From: Raillietiella orientalis
Lineage: Eukaryota
Length of the DNA: 64,000 nt
Direction of reading: 5' to 3'
Assembly: GCA_036172245.1 (NCBI GenBank)
Contig: JAYWIR010000002.1
Location: 3,720,001 to 3,784,000 of the forward strand
Shown: in pieces, positions 24,705 to 35,714 of the stretch
Position numbering within the stretch: the first letter of the stretch is position 1
Layout: the number at the start of each line of letters is the position of its first letter
The notes under the pieces: model-generated
Seen by the model: the letters and a program-made list of their open reading frames with translations, nothing else
Database searches by the model: none
What the model was told of the DNA's origin: nothing
Made by a program: the position numbers and the translations under genes

Positions 24705-27524
24705 CATCGCTGGAAATGAGCTGCGATCTAGCGGGCCCTTGATCTATAAATACGGCCCCAAGGGAGACTCTTATGTTACGAATGGGGAGAAGGGGCGAGT
24801 GTTTTTGTTTTCAAAAAAGGAAAAAGGAAAAAAAAAAATGAAATAATAAAACCTTGCAAAGGTCGCTGGTGAGGCTCCGGGCTCTTTCCGGAAAGTTCCG
24901 TGGCAACCATCATCTGCTTGCCTACACGCAACCCCGACTCAACCAGGCGGTTTGGCAACTCGAGTAACCCTGGTGCGCTTTTTCCAGCGCATTCTGAACT
25001 TCGCACCGGAACTTGGCACATCGATCCCCTTTCCCGAGGACTTCTTCCGGGTTTCCTGTTCTTCCCAAGCGCGGAAATCTTGGAAGTAGGAGGTGCAGCG
25101 CTTCAACTCTTTTGTCTTTCCTTGCTTGTTTTTTCCCTCTGGGGAGCGAGCGGCGCCCTCGTTACTTCACTCGCCACGTGGGGAGGGAGGGAGGGAGGTC
25201 GTGGCAGTCGACGCAGCCAAGGAAAGTTTTCCATCTCTCAGAGGAAAGAATAAAAAAAAAAGGGGGAGGTGAAAAAAAGGGGGGCTGGGGGGGGGGGAGA
25301 GAACAAAAACAAAAGTATTTTTTTTTTTGCAGGAGGGGATTCCGCGCGGTCGGAACCTCCTTTCCGGCCTTGCACCCTGGGATGCCCTGCACGGCTGCGG
25401 CGAGCGGATCGACAAGGCAGCACCTCCCACCCCGCGTCCGAAGCACGGATGAAGCGTTCCCGACCAGCACGAACGGACGCTTGCACCTGGTCGTGCTATA
25501 AATAGCGCAAGCCGGTATTCCAGATCCGCATGGTTTACGATGAAACAATGCGCGTAGCCACGGACGCTCCGGTATCCACGGACGCGCGCTCGCGCCGGCG
25601 GCTCGGGTGCAGGCTGCAGCATCCATCGAATCCCGGAGCGGTGACAACTCATCCGGCCTGGATGGCTCGTCTTTCGTCGGCACGTTAACATGAAGTGCGA
25701 ACGCGCGGCTCGTTGAGTTACGACCGACCACACGCGCGCGATCTCGCGCCGAGCTCGCTTTCCGAACCGACGGAAACCAACAGGAAGAGCGGGGAGGGAA
25801 GGAGACACCGGAAGCCTGCGTGCGAGGCGTTTGCTTAACGCTTTAGTGACCGAGTCGTTTGGATAATTGGTATCAGCAGCCGGCAGCAGGGAAGCATCAC
25901 TTGATATTTTTGTTTTTCCAGTTCGGCAAACACGGGTTTTTTGGTCGAAAGTTTCACATGATCGATTGAAGGCTTCCCTTGCAGGGAACAACGTTGCATT
26001 ACCCAGAAGAGATTACTCGAAAATGAAGGATCGCTGACAGAGTAAACACGGGTGCGGGCGGAACCTGCCATGGGGCGGAACAGCACGGCGATCGCAAGTG
26101 GCTACATGGCAAGCAGCCGAGACGCAAAACACGTTCAGCAAAGCAGATTTCAGGAAAAGCGAAAGCAGTGGCGCCCAGAGGCGCGCGTGGCGCGACCGTG
26201 CACCAAGCGGGATCCGTGTCCAGGACGACCGCCACGTCGAGGATGCGCGGCAGCCACACGCGGCGGAGAACACAAAAGCCGGCCAAACGCGAGGTCACCA
26301 CCGTGCCGCGTTGTCGTTCAACTTGCTGAGGAGGTCGCAACGTTCGGCTGCGCGGATTCCCCATTTCTCCTGACTCCCGTCATCACCGGGAGAGCGATTT
26401 GCAAATGGAGGCGCCCAGCGACTAACTAGAAATTATAATCAGCAGAGGACAAGTATCAGTCAATTCCGCCCCCCTCCCCTGCTAATCTGTCTCGAATGCG
26501 AAATTCTGGGCAAAGTGAAACCCAAGGAAACACACACACCCAGAAGAGGCCTTCGAAAATTCAAATATTTTAACCGGGCAGCAAAAGGAAGCAGCTGGGG
26601 GCCTCGCATGTTCCGGAAGTTTGCAGGAAGTTAATTAGGCGGCACTCCAATTTGCGCGGCTCTGACGAGCTGTGCGATCGAATCGAAAGAATTCCAATTG
26701 CAATTGACGTTACGTTTAATATATTGCCGGGTTCCGGCGAAATGGCACAAAGTACGTGGATTTAAGTACCTTGAAAGACATTTGTAGATGATCTCGTTCA
26801 CTGAGCATGAAAAAAAAAAAAAGATTCCGCGAAATAAATTTACATGATTGCAAACTTAACCGAGGAAGAACTGCCTCTCCAGCGGTGCCAAAAAAAACAG
26901 GGTTCTCTAAATAGACGAAAAAAAAAATTCCTATCATTACTTATCTATTTATTTACTCTTCCTCCCCCCCTCCCCCCTGCGTTCTTCCCCTTCTCCCTCT
27001 TTCCCGAGGTGAAGCTGAAGGCAAAGAAAGGTACCTTCCGGCGTGCTCTGAAGGATGGATGGACCCGTGAATCCTGTCGAAATTGAAAATTTCCACGCTC
27101 CCCCGCATTTGGATCGTCCTGCCCGGCATCTCAAGCATCCCGGTCCCGCCAATTCATCTCGATGCGCCCGGCTACAGCGTGCCTGCGGAAGGGGCCCGTT
27201 CGCGGCTGAGGAGCGGGGAAATTCCTACTGGCGCTTGGGTGGGGGGTCCCTCTTGCCTGACCCCCCCCTTCACCTGGAGCTGCGGGTTCTTCTCCGCTTT
27301 GATCGGGAGGTTCGGTCCTCGCACGGGTTTGCTGGACCGGTGTCCACCCCGGATGCGAACCGACTCTACCCACGCGGGGGACTGCTGCGCCCGGTCGCCC
27401 TGAGTGTGTCCCAGAAGGAGCGCGTGGTCCCAGCAGCGTCCAGCACGCCCTCCGGCTGCGTCGGTGGACGCAAGGCGCCAGCACAGCTCGCAGAGCCTCT
27501 GGACTTTCCGGCTCTCTCAGGGCG

Positions 27525-30500
27525 CTGCCCACCCGGGTGCGCCGTGGCGTCTGTTAAGCAGAACAAACTTACTGGCCCACGGTCCACCATGCCCATCCAT
27601 ACGAGGAACCTGCCGAGGGGCCGGCACGCAGATCGGCGAGGTTGCCTCAGCAGTAGGGGGGAGGGGACGAACGGAAAAATAAAAACCAAATAAAATAAAA
27701 GCTATGGAGGGTCTGGGAAGAGATCCTCCCTGACTGCTGGAGGACGTCCTCTGCATCCTTCCGAGGATTATGGCGAGGTCCTGCTGGATGTATCCCGGGT
27801 GGTGGGGCCATCTCGATGCCATCCGTGGAGAGAGGACGGCCCAAAGTGGGCCGCATCTCCGTCATCCTGGTCTCCTCCCTGTAGTCGCTCCAGGCCGCCG
27901 CGATCCCACGGAGGCGGCGAAGACGTTGCTGCTAGGGGCGCGGCTGGGACAGTAGGACTTCGCCCGCGAAGAGGCGCTTCAAGAAGTTCCGTCTGGGGTC
28001 GCGAACCAGGATGCGGAGGGCCGTGGCTGAGAGTCCCCATGAAGGCTGGAGGGCAATGCAGTCCACGGGCAAATGAGGGTGGGACTCTCTCCCTCCGCAC
28101 TTGCTGCAGCTGGGGTTCACCCTCCCCTCCTCCCCCCTCCAGTCCAGTGATGTCAGGGGGCGTCGTGCGGGAGACTCCAGTGCAATAGCAGGATCGCCAG
28201 CTTCCCCCACTAGAGAGGGAGGATGTACTTGTTCAGGTGCGCTAACGGTGAATCGGGGTCTTCCCGGGGGAATTCGAGGAGCTCGCCTCAGTGCAAGAGT
28301 CCTTTCAGTGGGGCGCTTGGGGTTGCAGTGCCTGTGAGCTGGCCCGCAGTCCAGCCGCCTACGGCCTTCCTCCTGGAGTTGACCTAGCGGGACCCCCCTG
28401 CCTCGCCGGTAGGTTACTGCCAAGCTGCTTCCTCGGGGAGGGCGACGACGCGGGGCGGGGGCTGTTCCGGCCCACGCCCTACATGACGGACTGCACGACG
28501 GTCTCCTGTCGCTACTGTGATCCTGGACTTGTCTCGCTAGTCGTTGGCGGAGTTCCTGCAACCAGGTTCCACTGTCCGCGGGACGGCAGGGCCTTGTTGC
28601 GGCGGCGGCGCTCAAGGAGGGTCTCTCACAGCCTACCGGGAGGCAACTGTTGGCGCTCCACAACTTCACCACGAGTTCTCCACTGTAGCTCTCGCTCCAA
28701 GCGCTCCCGCGACAGGAGGCCGAAACCCCTCTCCCTACGGATGACTTCCTGCAGGCGCTGCGACCGCTGGGGAGCACTGGGCAGTCGGGGGACAGGAAAT
28801 GAGGTGGGAGTGGATTTGGGAGGAGGAGTCCCGGATCGTGGACCACGGCACGGATATGCCGTCCCTGGCTTCCCGGCTCAAGTGGGATCACTTCCGGGGT
28901 TCGCGCGACGAGGAGAATGCGAGGACAGTGGCTTCTCCGTCCCTCCGTCCTTCTTCCAGCTTCCCGGGTGCTGCAGAGATCGTCGATCCGCGAGGGTGAC
29001 TCGGAGTGGCTACTGGTCGCGAGTCTGCGTGAAGGGGCGCCCTCGGCACGCTCCATGAAGGCCCTCCGGCTAGGCGTCCTCTCGGGGACGGAGTACGCCG
29101 CGAGCCGATGCAGAGAGTGCCGGAGGGATTTCCACCTCCCCAGCGCTCCAGTGGTTCAACCGGGGAACCCCCGGAGCGCGGGACTCGGGGGGGTCATGCG
29201 ATGTCATGCGCTGGCACTGCTGCTGGAGCCCGCCCAGCAGGCCCGGCGAGGAAGAGCAAGGCTCTTCTGCTCTTCTTGCCGTTCGAGGGAGAGCGCGATG
29301 TCTCCCCTCTTCTCCGGTGCAGCTGGGAAGGTGGGGGGGCGGCTCACGAAACTCCCCCTCCTCGTCTGTCCCTGTCTCCGCCCCTCGGCCCCCTCGCCAT
29401 CCGTGGAGCCACTTCTTTCCGCCCATCGAGTCACCGATGCCATTGCGCCTCCGGCGATGTCCGCTTTCTTGCGCTGCGTTTGCCACGAGAGTTAGGGAGC
29501 CTCCCTCTCGGTGCGGTTGACGCGTCCCCTGAGGAACGGCCGCCTCTTCGGCCGGCTGACCTCGGGTGGCAGGCGGGAGGGCGACCCAGTCGTCTCCTCG
29601 GTAACCATTGGATCATCCCGGAAGGTGCCGACAGGTCGTTCGGACCCCCCTCGCGGGCACGCAAGTCCTTCCCTTGCCTTGAGCCGCTCTGGAACTCCGC
29701 TGCTCCTTCTGCGAGTCCGAGTTCTTCGACTAGCGCCAACCAGGTCGGCGGAGAGGATCGCCCGGGATGTACTCTCCCTCTTCCGTTCCGGGTTCCGCGG
29801 AGTCGGGGAGGAGCTGCAAAGGGAGGACGGGAAGGAGAGCATCCGGGACTCCTCCTGTTCCCGGGCCTCCTGGAAGTTCGTGGTCCCCCTCCTCCAGAAG
29901 ATGCGCGACTGCCGCGCCTGCGAGAACCCCATGAGTTGAAGAGTAAGCGGAACCGCGCGAGCACCCGGGCCGTTCCCCTCCTTGCCCCGGGCTGATCCGC
30001 CGGTCCAGCGCCGCAAGGAAGATCGGAATGCTGGCCACCCCACGCTGAGCAGCACCGCGACTCGCGTGGACTGGCGTGGACCAGCTGACTCGAGTGGCTT
30101 TCACCTTTCTGGGAGACGGTAGACCCTCCTGCCTCCTGTCTGCCTCCCGCGAGCACCGATCGGAGCTCACGCGGGTCCGGGTCCAAGTCAGCTCTGCGTC
30201 TGATGAGATGGGAATTCTCGGTCCGCGACCGAAGGACGCCCCTGTCGTCGTGGCTGACGCAACGGTCCCACCCGCCGACCACCACGTTTGGATCACAGGC
30301 CTCCTTCAGGCTAAGTGCCTCAGGACATAGCCTTTCAATTCCCCCCTCTTCCCTTTCAAGGGGAGAGGGGAGGCGTTTTTCCTTCTGCGGTCTTCCGAGC
30401 TCCAGGGCCGCAGGGTTGCCAGGACGAGCGCGCGGTTTCGACTCTGGACGATGCTCTCATGCTCGCGTTTGAAGAAGGTTGTTGTGCCGGAGGGCACGAC

Positions 30501-31300
30501 TGGTGACCAGGGTCGCTCCTCCTCCACGATCCTGACAACCTGGCCGCCTTCTCCACTTCGTCCTCCGCTCAAAGCTGCGGCTACGGAGCCGATGCCGGCC
30601 CTCCACCCGGGGACATGAGGTTCCCTTGGCACCTCGCCGGATTGCACGACTCCGAGGATGCTCCGAAAGTTGTCCCGGCGAATGCTGCTGGCACGGGACG
30701 GGAAACCAAACCATTGTCACTGTTGCTCGCCCCAAAGCGAGCGGGCACCGGTGGTGGTGCAGTCCGGGTCCCATTCTTCTGGGGTGGATTGGTAGGGGAC
30801 CGCTCCTCCTAGCGAGAGGAACACTTGATGCTGGAGTCTCCCGGTGACCGGGCGTCGGACCTTGGGGACTCCGAGAAGCGATCGAACCCCACAGGTTAGC
30901 CCGAGACCATCCCGCGGGTACCCTCGTTCGCGAATGTCCTCGAAATTTCTCCACGGAGTACCACCCGCAGATAGACGAGGGAGAGAGTCCGAGGAAGAGG
31001 CAGCCCGAGGGGATCCTGCGGACGCCGCAGGCAGAGTAAAACGCTCTGCTTCCGCGAAGGTGACCTGACCTCCTGTCGCCTCGCAAGTGGACGCCAACAC
31101 CTTCGGTAGGCGCTCCTGTACGCTGAGCATTTTTTTCTATGGAAACCCTGATCCCTCCTTGCGAGGAACTCTTTGGACCTGAGTGCTGACCCCAGCCTCT
31201 TGTGGAGGGCACACCTTCCCCTGATTTTCCATGGCAACCCTATCGTCACCCCCCTTGAGACGACATTTGGGACGACCTGTCGTTTTGACCTTGGCGTTCC
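27525..31300 (-). mobile_element. L1/Tx1-like LINE copy D (ORF1 RRM/knuckle remnant, EN, distal RT, zf-RVT, 3' UTR)
   Basis: ORF1-like SRGVTIGLPW... and PVTGRLQHQVFLSLGGAVP...LWGEQQ; EN-like GARRGTARVL; zinc-binding NPSCSKCGGRESHPHLPVDC at ~28100; family 3' hairpin at 27610-27653. Confidence 0.7.
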
Positions 31301-31360
31301 CAAGCGGTCAAGAGGAGACGTTTATTCGGCTGCTACTTTCTCTTCAGTTGATCCAGGCCT

Positions 31361-32359
31361 TCAGGTCCAGCTTCCATACCTCTTCAGCTTGTCCTCGATA
31401 TATTTCTGATTGTTCAGAAGCTGCTCCGACAGAAGCTGTCTCTGGCTCCCTAGTTGCGCCTGGATGGCATTTTCCTGCTGGTTCAGTCTGAATTGGAACT
31501 CTCGCTGTTGCTCCCGAAGTCTCCTGTGGTGGTAATGTTGCTCCAGAAAGAGGATCTGCTGCTGCTCGCGCTGCTGCTCTCTTATCTGGCGATGGTACTC
31601 CTGCTGCTGGAGCATCAGCTGCATCTGCTGTTCCAGCTGGACGGTCACTTCCAAGTGCTGTCGCTCCAGTTTTTCCCAGATCTCCTTCTGCTGCTCCTCG
31701 AACCTTTGCTGGTGCTCCCGGTAATCCTCTTCCAGCTTCTTCAGCTGAACACGCTGCTTCTCCAGGAGGGCTTCCTGCTGCATCTCCTGCAGCTTAGCAA
31801 GCTTTTCCTGCTCTTCCTGCTTGTATTTTTCCAGCTGCTTCTTCTGGTATTCCATCTGCTGCTCCAGGAACTGCTGCTCCGCCGCGAGCTTCCGCTCGCG
31901 TTCTTGTTGCTGGCTTTCCACGTGCTGCTGCACCTCGTTCAGCTCCCCCTTCTGTTCGAACAGCTTGTCTTCGAGGAACAGCTTATGCTCCTCCAGCTTC
32001 TGCTGGAGCTCCAGCAGCTGCACCTGCAGCCTGTCTTCCAGCAGATGCCTTTGCTCTTCCAGCAGCTGCTCCTGAAACGCGAGCTGCGCTCTCAGCTGAT
32101 TCCTCTGTAGCTTCAGCGTCTCCGAAAAAGACACTTGCTTCCCCATCCATTCCTTCTTTAGAGTTTCCTCTCTCCTTGCTGTGAGTTCACCGCTGCCAGT
32201 GGTCGTCACTTTCGGCACTATCTGTATGTCCACTGGTTCCTCAGCTCCCATCGCTCCCAAATTCTCAGGGGTGCTTGGCGTTCCGTCGGTGGTTGCAGGT
32301 GTCGTCACCATGCTTTCGGCACCATCGATGGTGTACTCCAGCGCGGTGGCTCCTTTCAT
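31361..32359 (-). CDS. 332-aa Q/E/L-rich coiled-coil ORF, in frame with the ORF1 remnant of LINE copy D
   Basis: Uninterrupted ATG ORF with a T/P-rich N-terminus followed by ~250 aa of heptad-like Q/E/L sequence. It shares the frame of ORF 30896-31303 (offset 1056 nt) and is separated from it by two stops. Confidence 0.55.
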   Translation of the reverse strand: MKGATALEYTIDGAESMVTTPATTDGTPSTPENLGAMGAEEPVDIQIVPKVTTTGSGELTARREETLKKEWMGKQVSFSETLKLQRNQLRAQLAFQEQLLEEQRHLLEDRLQVQLLELQQKLEEHKLFLEDKLFEQKGELNEVQQHVESQQQERERKLAAEQQFLEQQMEYQKKQLEKYKQEEQEKLAKLQEMQQEALLEKQRVQLKKLEEDYREHQQRFEEQQKEIWEKLERQHLEVTVQLEQQMQLMLQQQEYHRQIREQQREQQQILFLEQHYHHRRLREQQREFQFRLNQQENAIQAQLGSQRQLLSEQLLNNQKYIEDKLKRYGSWT

Positions 32360-33299
32360 TGAATCGAGATCGCTATCCCTAATTCGTGATTAGTCTTCCG
32401 GCCGAAAGAGGGCACGTGCACTCACCTCACGAAAACCCACCTGGGAGCGCCTCCGGACTTTTCCCCGCCTTCCATCGGTGAATCGCAGCTGCAGTGGATC
32501 GCTAGGGAACATCCGAGTCAGGTCGCAGCTACGGGTCCAGGAACGGCACGCGAGCGAATCCGCTCAAAACGGCACGTGCAACCACTCGCGAGTTTCGTGC
32601 GCTGCCGGCGTCGCGTCCAACTTGCCCACTCTCCATCGTCGAAGAGCGCGCCTGCCTCCCCCCCGATAGGCCGCAAAGCCCACCTCGCGCCTCGGCTGAT
32701 GCGCAGTCCCCGTTTGGGCGAAGGGCTGGACGTCCACCCGAATGTCACGAAACAGGAAGGGCTTCCCTGCGCCACGCTCGTACTCACCGCTCCCGGCGAC
32801 GAAGAAGGCCAGGGCCAAGAAGCGCTGGGGCTGCATGGTTGTTGGGTTATCGGATTCCGCTGCAAGTTCTTCTGCCTCCCGAGCGGCTGGCCACGTCACC
32901 TGCAAGAAAACAGTCGGTGAATGGAAGCCAAAGGCACACGTCGAGCGCTCGGTAAGCCAGAAGATTGCGGGGTTCGCCTGACTAAGTTGACGGCTTTCGG
33001 ATGCGGGCAAAGGGCGGTCTCTGTCTCTGATGCTCTTCGAGTCAGCCCACGCCGTGAAGACCGGTCCTTGCTTGCAGCGAACACGCGACCGTACACCGGC
33101 AAACACAGGATGGCTCCAAGGAAGAACGTTCTTTAGGGTCAGCGTGGCGGGACAGAAGGCGAGTGCGGTGATTGCCGTTCGTGGGTGGAGCGGATCAGTC
33201 ACTCCCGGAAGTTCCGCTAGATGGTGGGAGCGTTCGGATTCCAACGGCTACGGCGGCGCAAAGAAGGGATTCCAACGGATGGCACCGGTGCATTTCAGC

Positions 33300-35000
33300 G
33301 GAGAAAGGCAGTGTGAAAAGTCGTCGAAGGTTCTTCTTGCTGTCTGACCCCGAGCAGCGTCTCGCTCAGCAAGCAGCTTCCTCGCTGTTGCCGGTACTCC
33401 AGCGAAGAACGTGCGAATCGTGGCGCTTCCTGAATCCCACTTGTGGGACACGTAATCTCGAGAGGCTACCTCGTTCCTCTTACAGCGGAATGAACGGCCG
33501 CCTCTTGATGAAATACGAGTTTCTCCAGGTGGTAAATCAACTTTCACTTGCCGCTTTTCTCGACGTCTCGTGATGCTGCTCTTCAGACCTTGGCCGACGC
33601 TTCCGACATCCCTCTTCGGGTTGCCTCAGCTCGTCCTTCTTCTGTACTGCTTGCTGCGGTTTTCAGACGTTGAATCGGAAAAGGAAACGACGGGATGGTG
33701 CACGTCTTGCAGCCGCGGCTTGCAAGCAGCCTCCATCGGAGGTGTTGTTGACGGTCGTATCGCACCTCAGCGCTCGGCAGTGCACGAGTGCGACGAGCAT
33801 CTGCATCTTCCACGCCACACACGAGCTCTGCACTTCGATAACGCGGGTTTTCGTCTTTCTTCCTCCGAGGAGTAGCTATGTGGGGCTAGAAAGCATGGAT
33901 GCTGCGATACCCGCGTTGCGTAGAGACCGGATGAATGGTCTCGCGATCACAACTGCCCTCGCTGCTGAAGCACGAGGATCTGAGAGGTCAACAGTACGAA
34001 TACAGCGGACAGACAGCGCTTGTTTCTCCAGCGAATTCTCTAGGTCTTGGAGGCTTAAGATCACTACACATGAAAATCCAGGGTCTGAGGCCGCCATGTG
34101 AATTGTCATCCATCCCCTGTGGAAATACCAAGCGACCGAATGCAAAGTCGACGGGAACCTCAACTTCATGAGGACCCGTCGAAACGGCGGCAGCGGCAGC
34201 AGAGAGAAAGGAATGCAGTCATTTTTTACGCACTTACCACTGTCTGTTCGCGGTGGTGTGGATCGTGGTTCACGAGGACACACTATCGGTGGGCGCCCAA
34301 CAAGCCTTAAAATAGGGTCTCCGTCTGGCTCAAGGGTCTCCAGTCTTCGATCGCCCGAGGCCGCCTACATGCCTCCTCGAATGTTCTAGTCAGTGTCTTA
34401 TAGTGCACACCTGAATGGAAACCGCGCCAGACATCCATGTGCCCACGTCGCTTGCCCTTTACAACACCCGACTCAAGGCTTTCTTGGAAGCATCTGGACG
34501 CAGATCCGAACGATGCAAAAGCTATGTGACGACCAGATCTTACCCCATGCTGACTTCCGCGGACGAGGATCTCGGCTAACACCAACCTAGAGGGAACAGT
34601 TATTCAGTTATTGGAATTGCAAAATGTGAAAGCATGGGAGAAGGCAGGGACAGGAGCCTGGAAAGGGACTTCATGGCTACAGGTCGAGGCAGGACATTCG
34701 CTTCTTTGCTCATCCCGGAAAGTAAATCTCTTAATGACGCCTTTCATGATGGATGTCACTACCGGAACACGTCAGGCCACCATCCTGCGTTCGCAGTTCG
34801 TGGAAGGGGTGGAAGGATTTTTCTCTCCGTGCTCCTCCTCCAATCATCTCGCTGACTGCCTCTGCGAGGTTTTTTTCCCCAGCGATGGCAAGAAACGCCC
34901 CCTCGCCCCCCTTCTTTCCCAGGATAACCGGTTCCTTCTTGCGGCGTTTCTCAACCATGCTCCTCGCTCCCAGTCCCGGTTTCCTGATGAGCCCCCGCTT
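33300..35000 (-). mobile_element. Decayed Ty3/Gypsy pol (RNase H end plus integrase)
   Basis: In order: AIAGEKNLAEAVS (PGKxNxxADALS-like), FHSGVHYKTLTR (GH.G..KT), LPLPPFRRVLM...MAASDPG...LRNAGIAASMLSSP (rve core), ALRCDTTVNNTSDG. Catalytic residues are eroded. Confidence 0.5.
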
Positions 35001-35714
35001 CCCCCAGGAATCGGGAGCCGCATCTCGAGTGCAGTTGCGCCCACACGCACGCGCACGCGGAGGAGCTCTTCCGGCGAAGACGAGCTGCGCCTTCGTAGCT
35101 GCTGGACGCCGGAGGGGGAAGAAGAACGGAGGAGGGGAAGATTTCTGGATCGTCGTCTCGATCCGGAAGCGGACCACGGCAACATCGGAACAAGGTCTTC
35201 CCCCTCTTTCCTCTACCCTCCCCCCCTTGCTTCCCCTTCTCCCCAAGGAATCCTGCGTCGAGGCACCGAAGAGGCCAAGAGTTGGCCGTGCACGAAGCAG
35301 GGAAGGGCGAGCAGGGACTTTCCAGCAGTCAGTCGAGCGGTGGATCCAGCGGCCGCTCACCCTGAGCGCCATCGATGACTACGCGATGCTGTTGGTAGCG
35401 ATGGTCGGTGGTAGACTGGGTGACTGACTGTGCCGGCGGCGCTAGTGGTGGTGCCGCACGTCGGTCTGCGCGAGCCGCAGTCGGCAGCGAAGCCATGCGA
35501 TGCAGCCGATCGAGCGGCTTCCGCGTGCAGCCTGCGGGCAGAGTGAGCGTCGCGAGATAAAAGCAGAGACCGCGCGCAGAATGCTTCTGTCGAGCAGCCG
35601 GGATGCACCATCGTACGGGGAAGTACGTGTACACGTGCCAGATCAGGTCTCCCGGTCGAGGGAACGGCGCGACTCCTTCCGGCTACTGACGAGAGTGCGA
35701 GGTATGAAGGGGTG

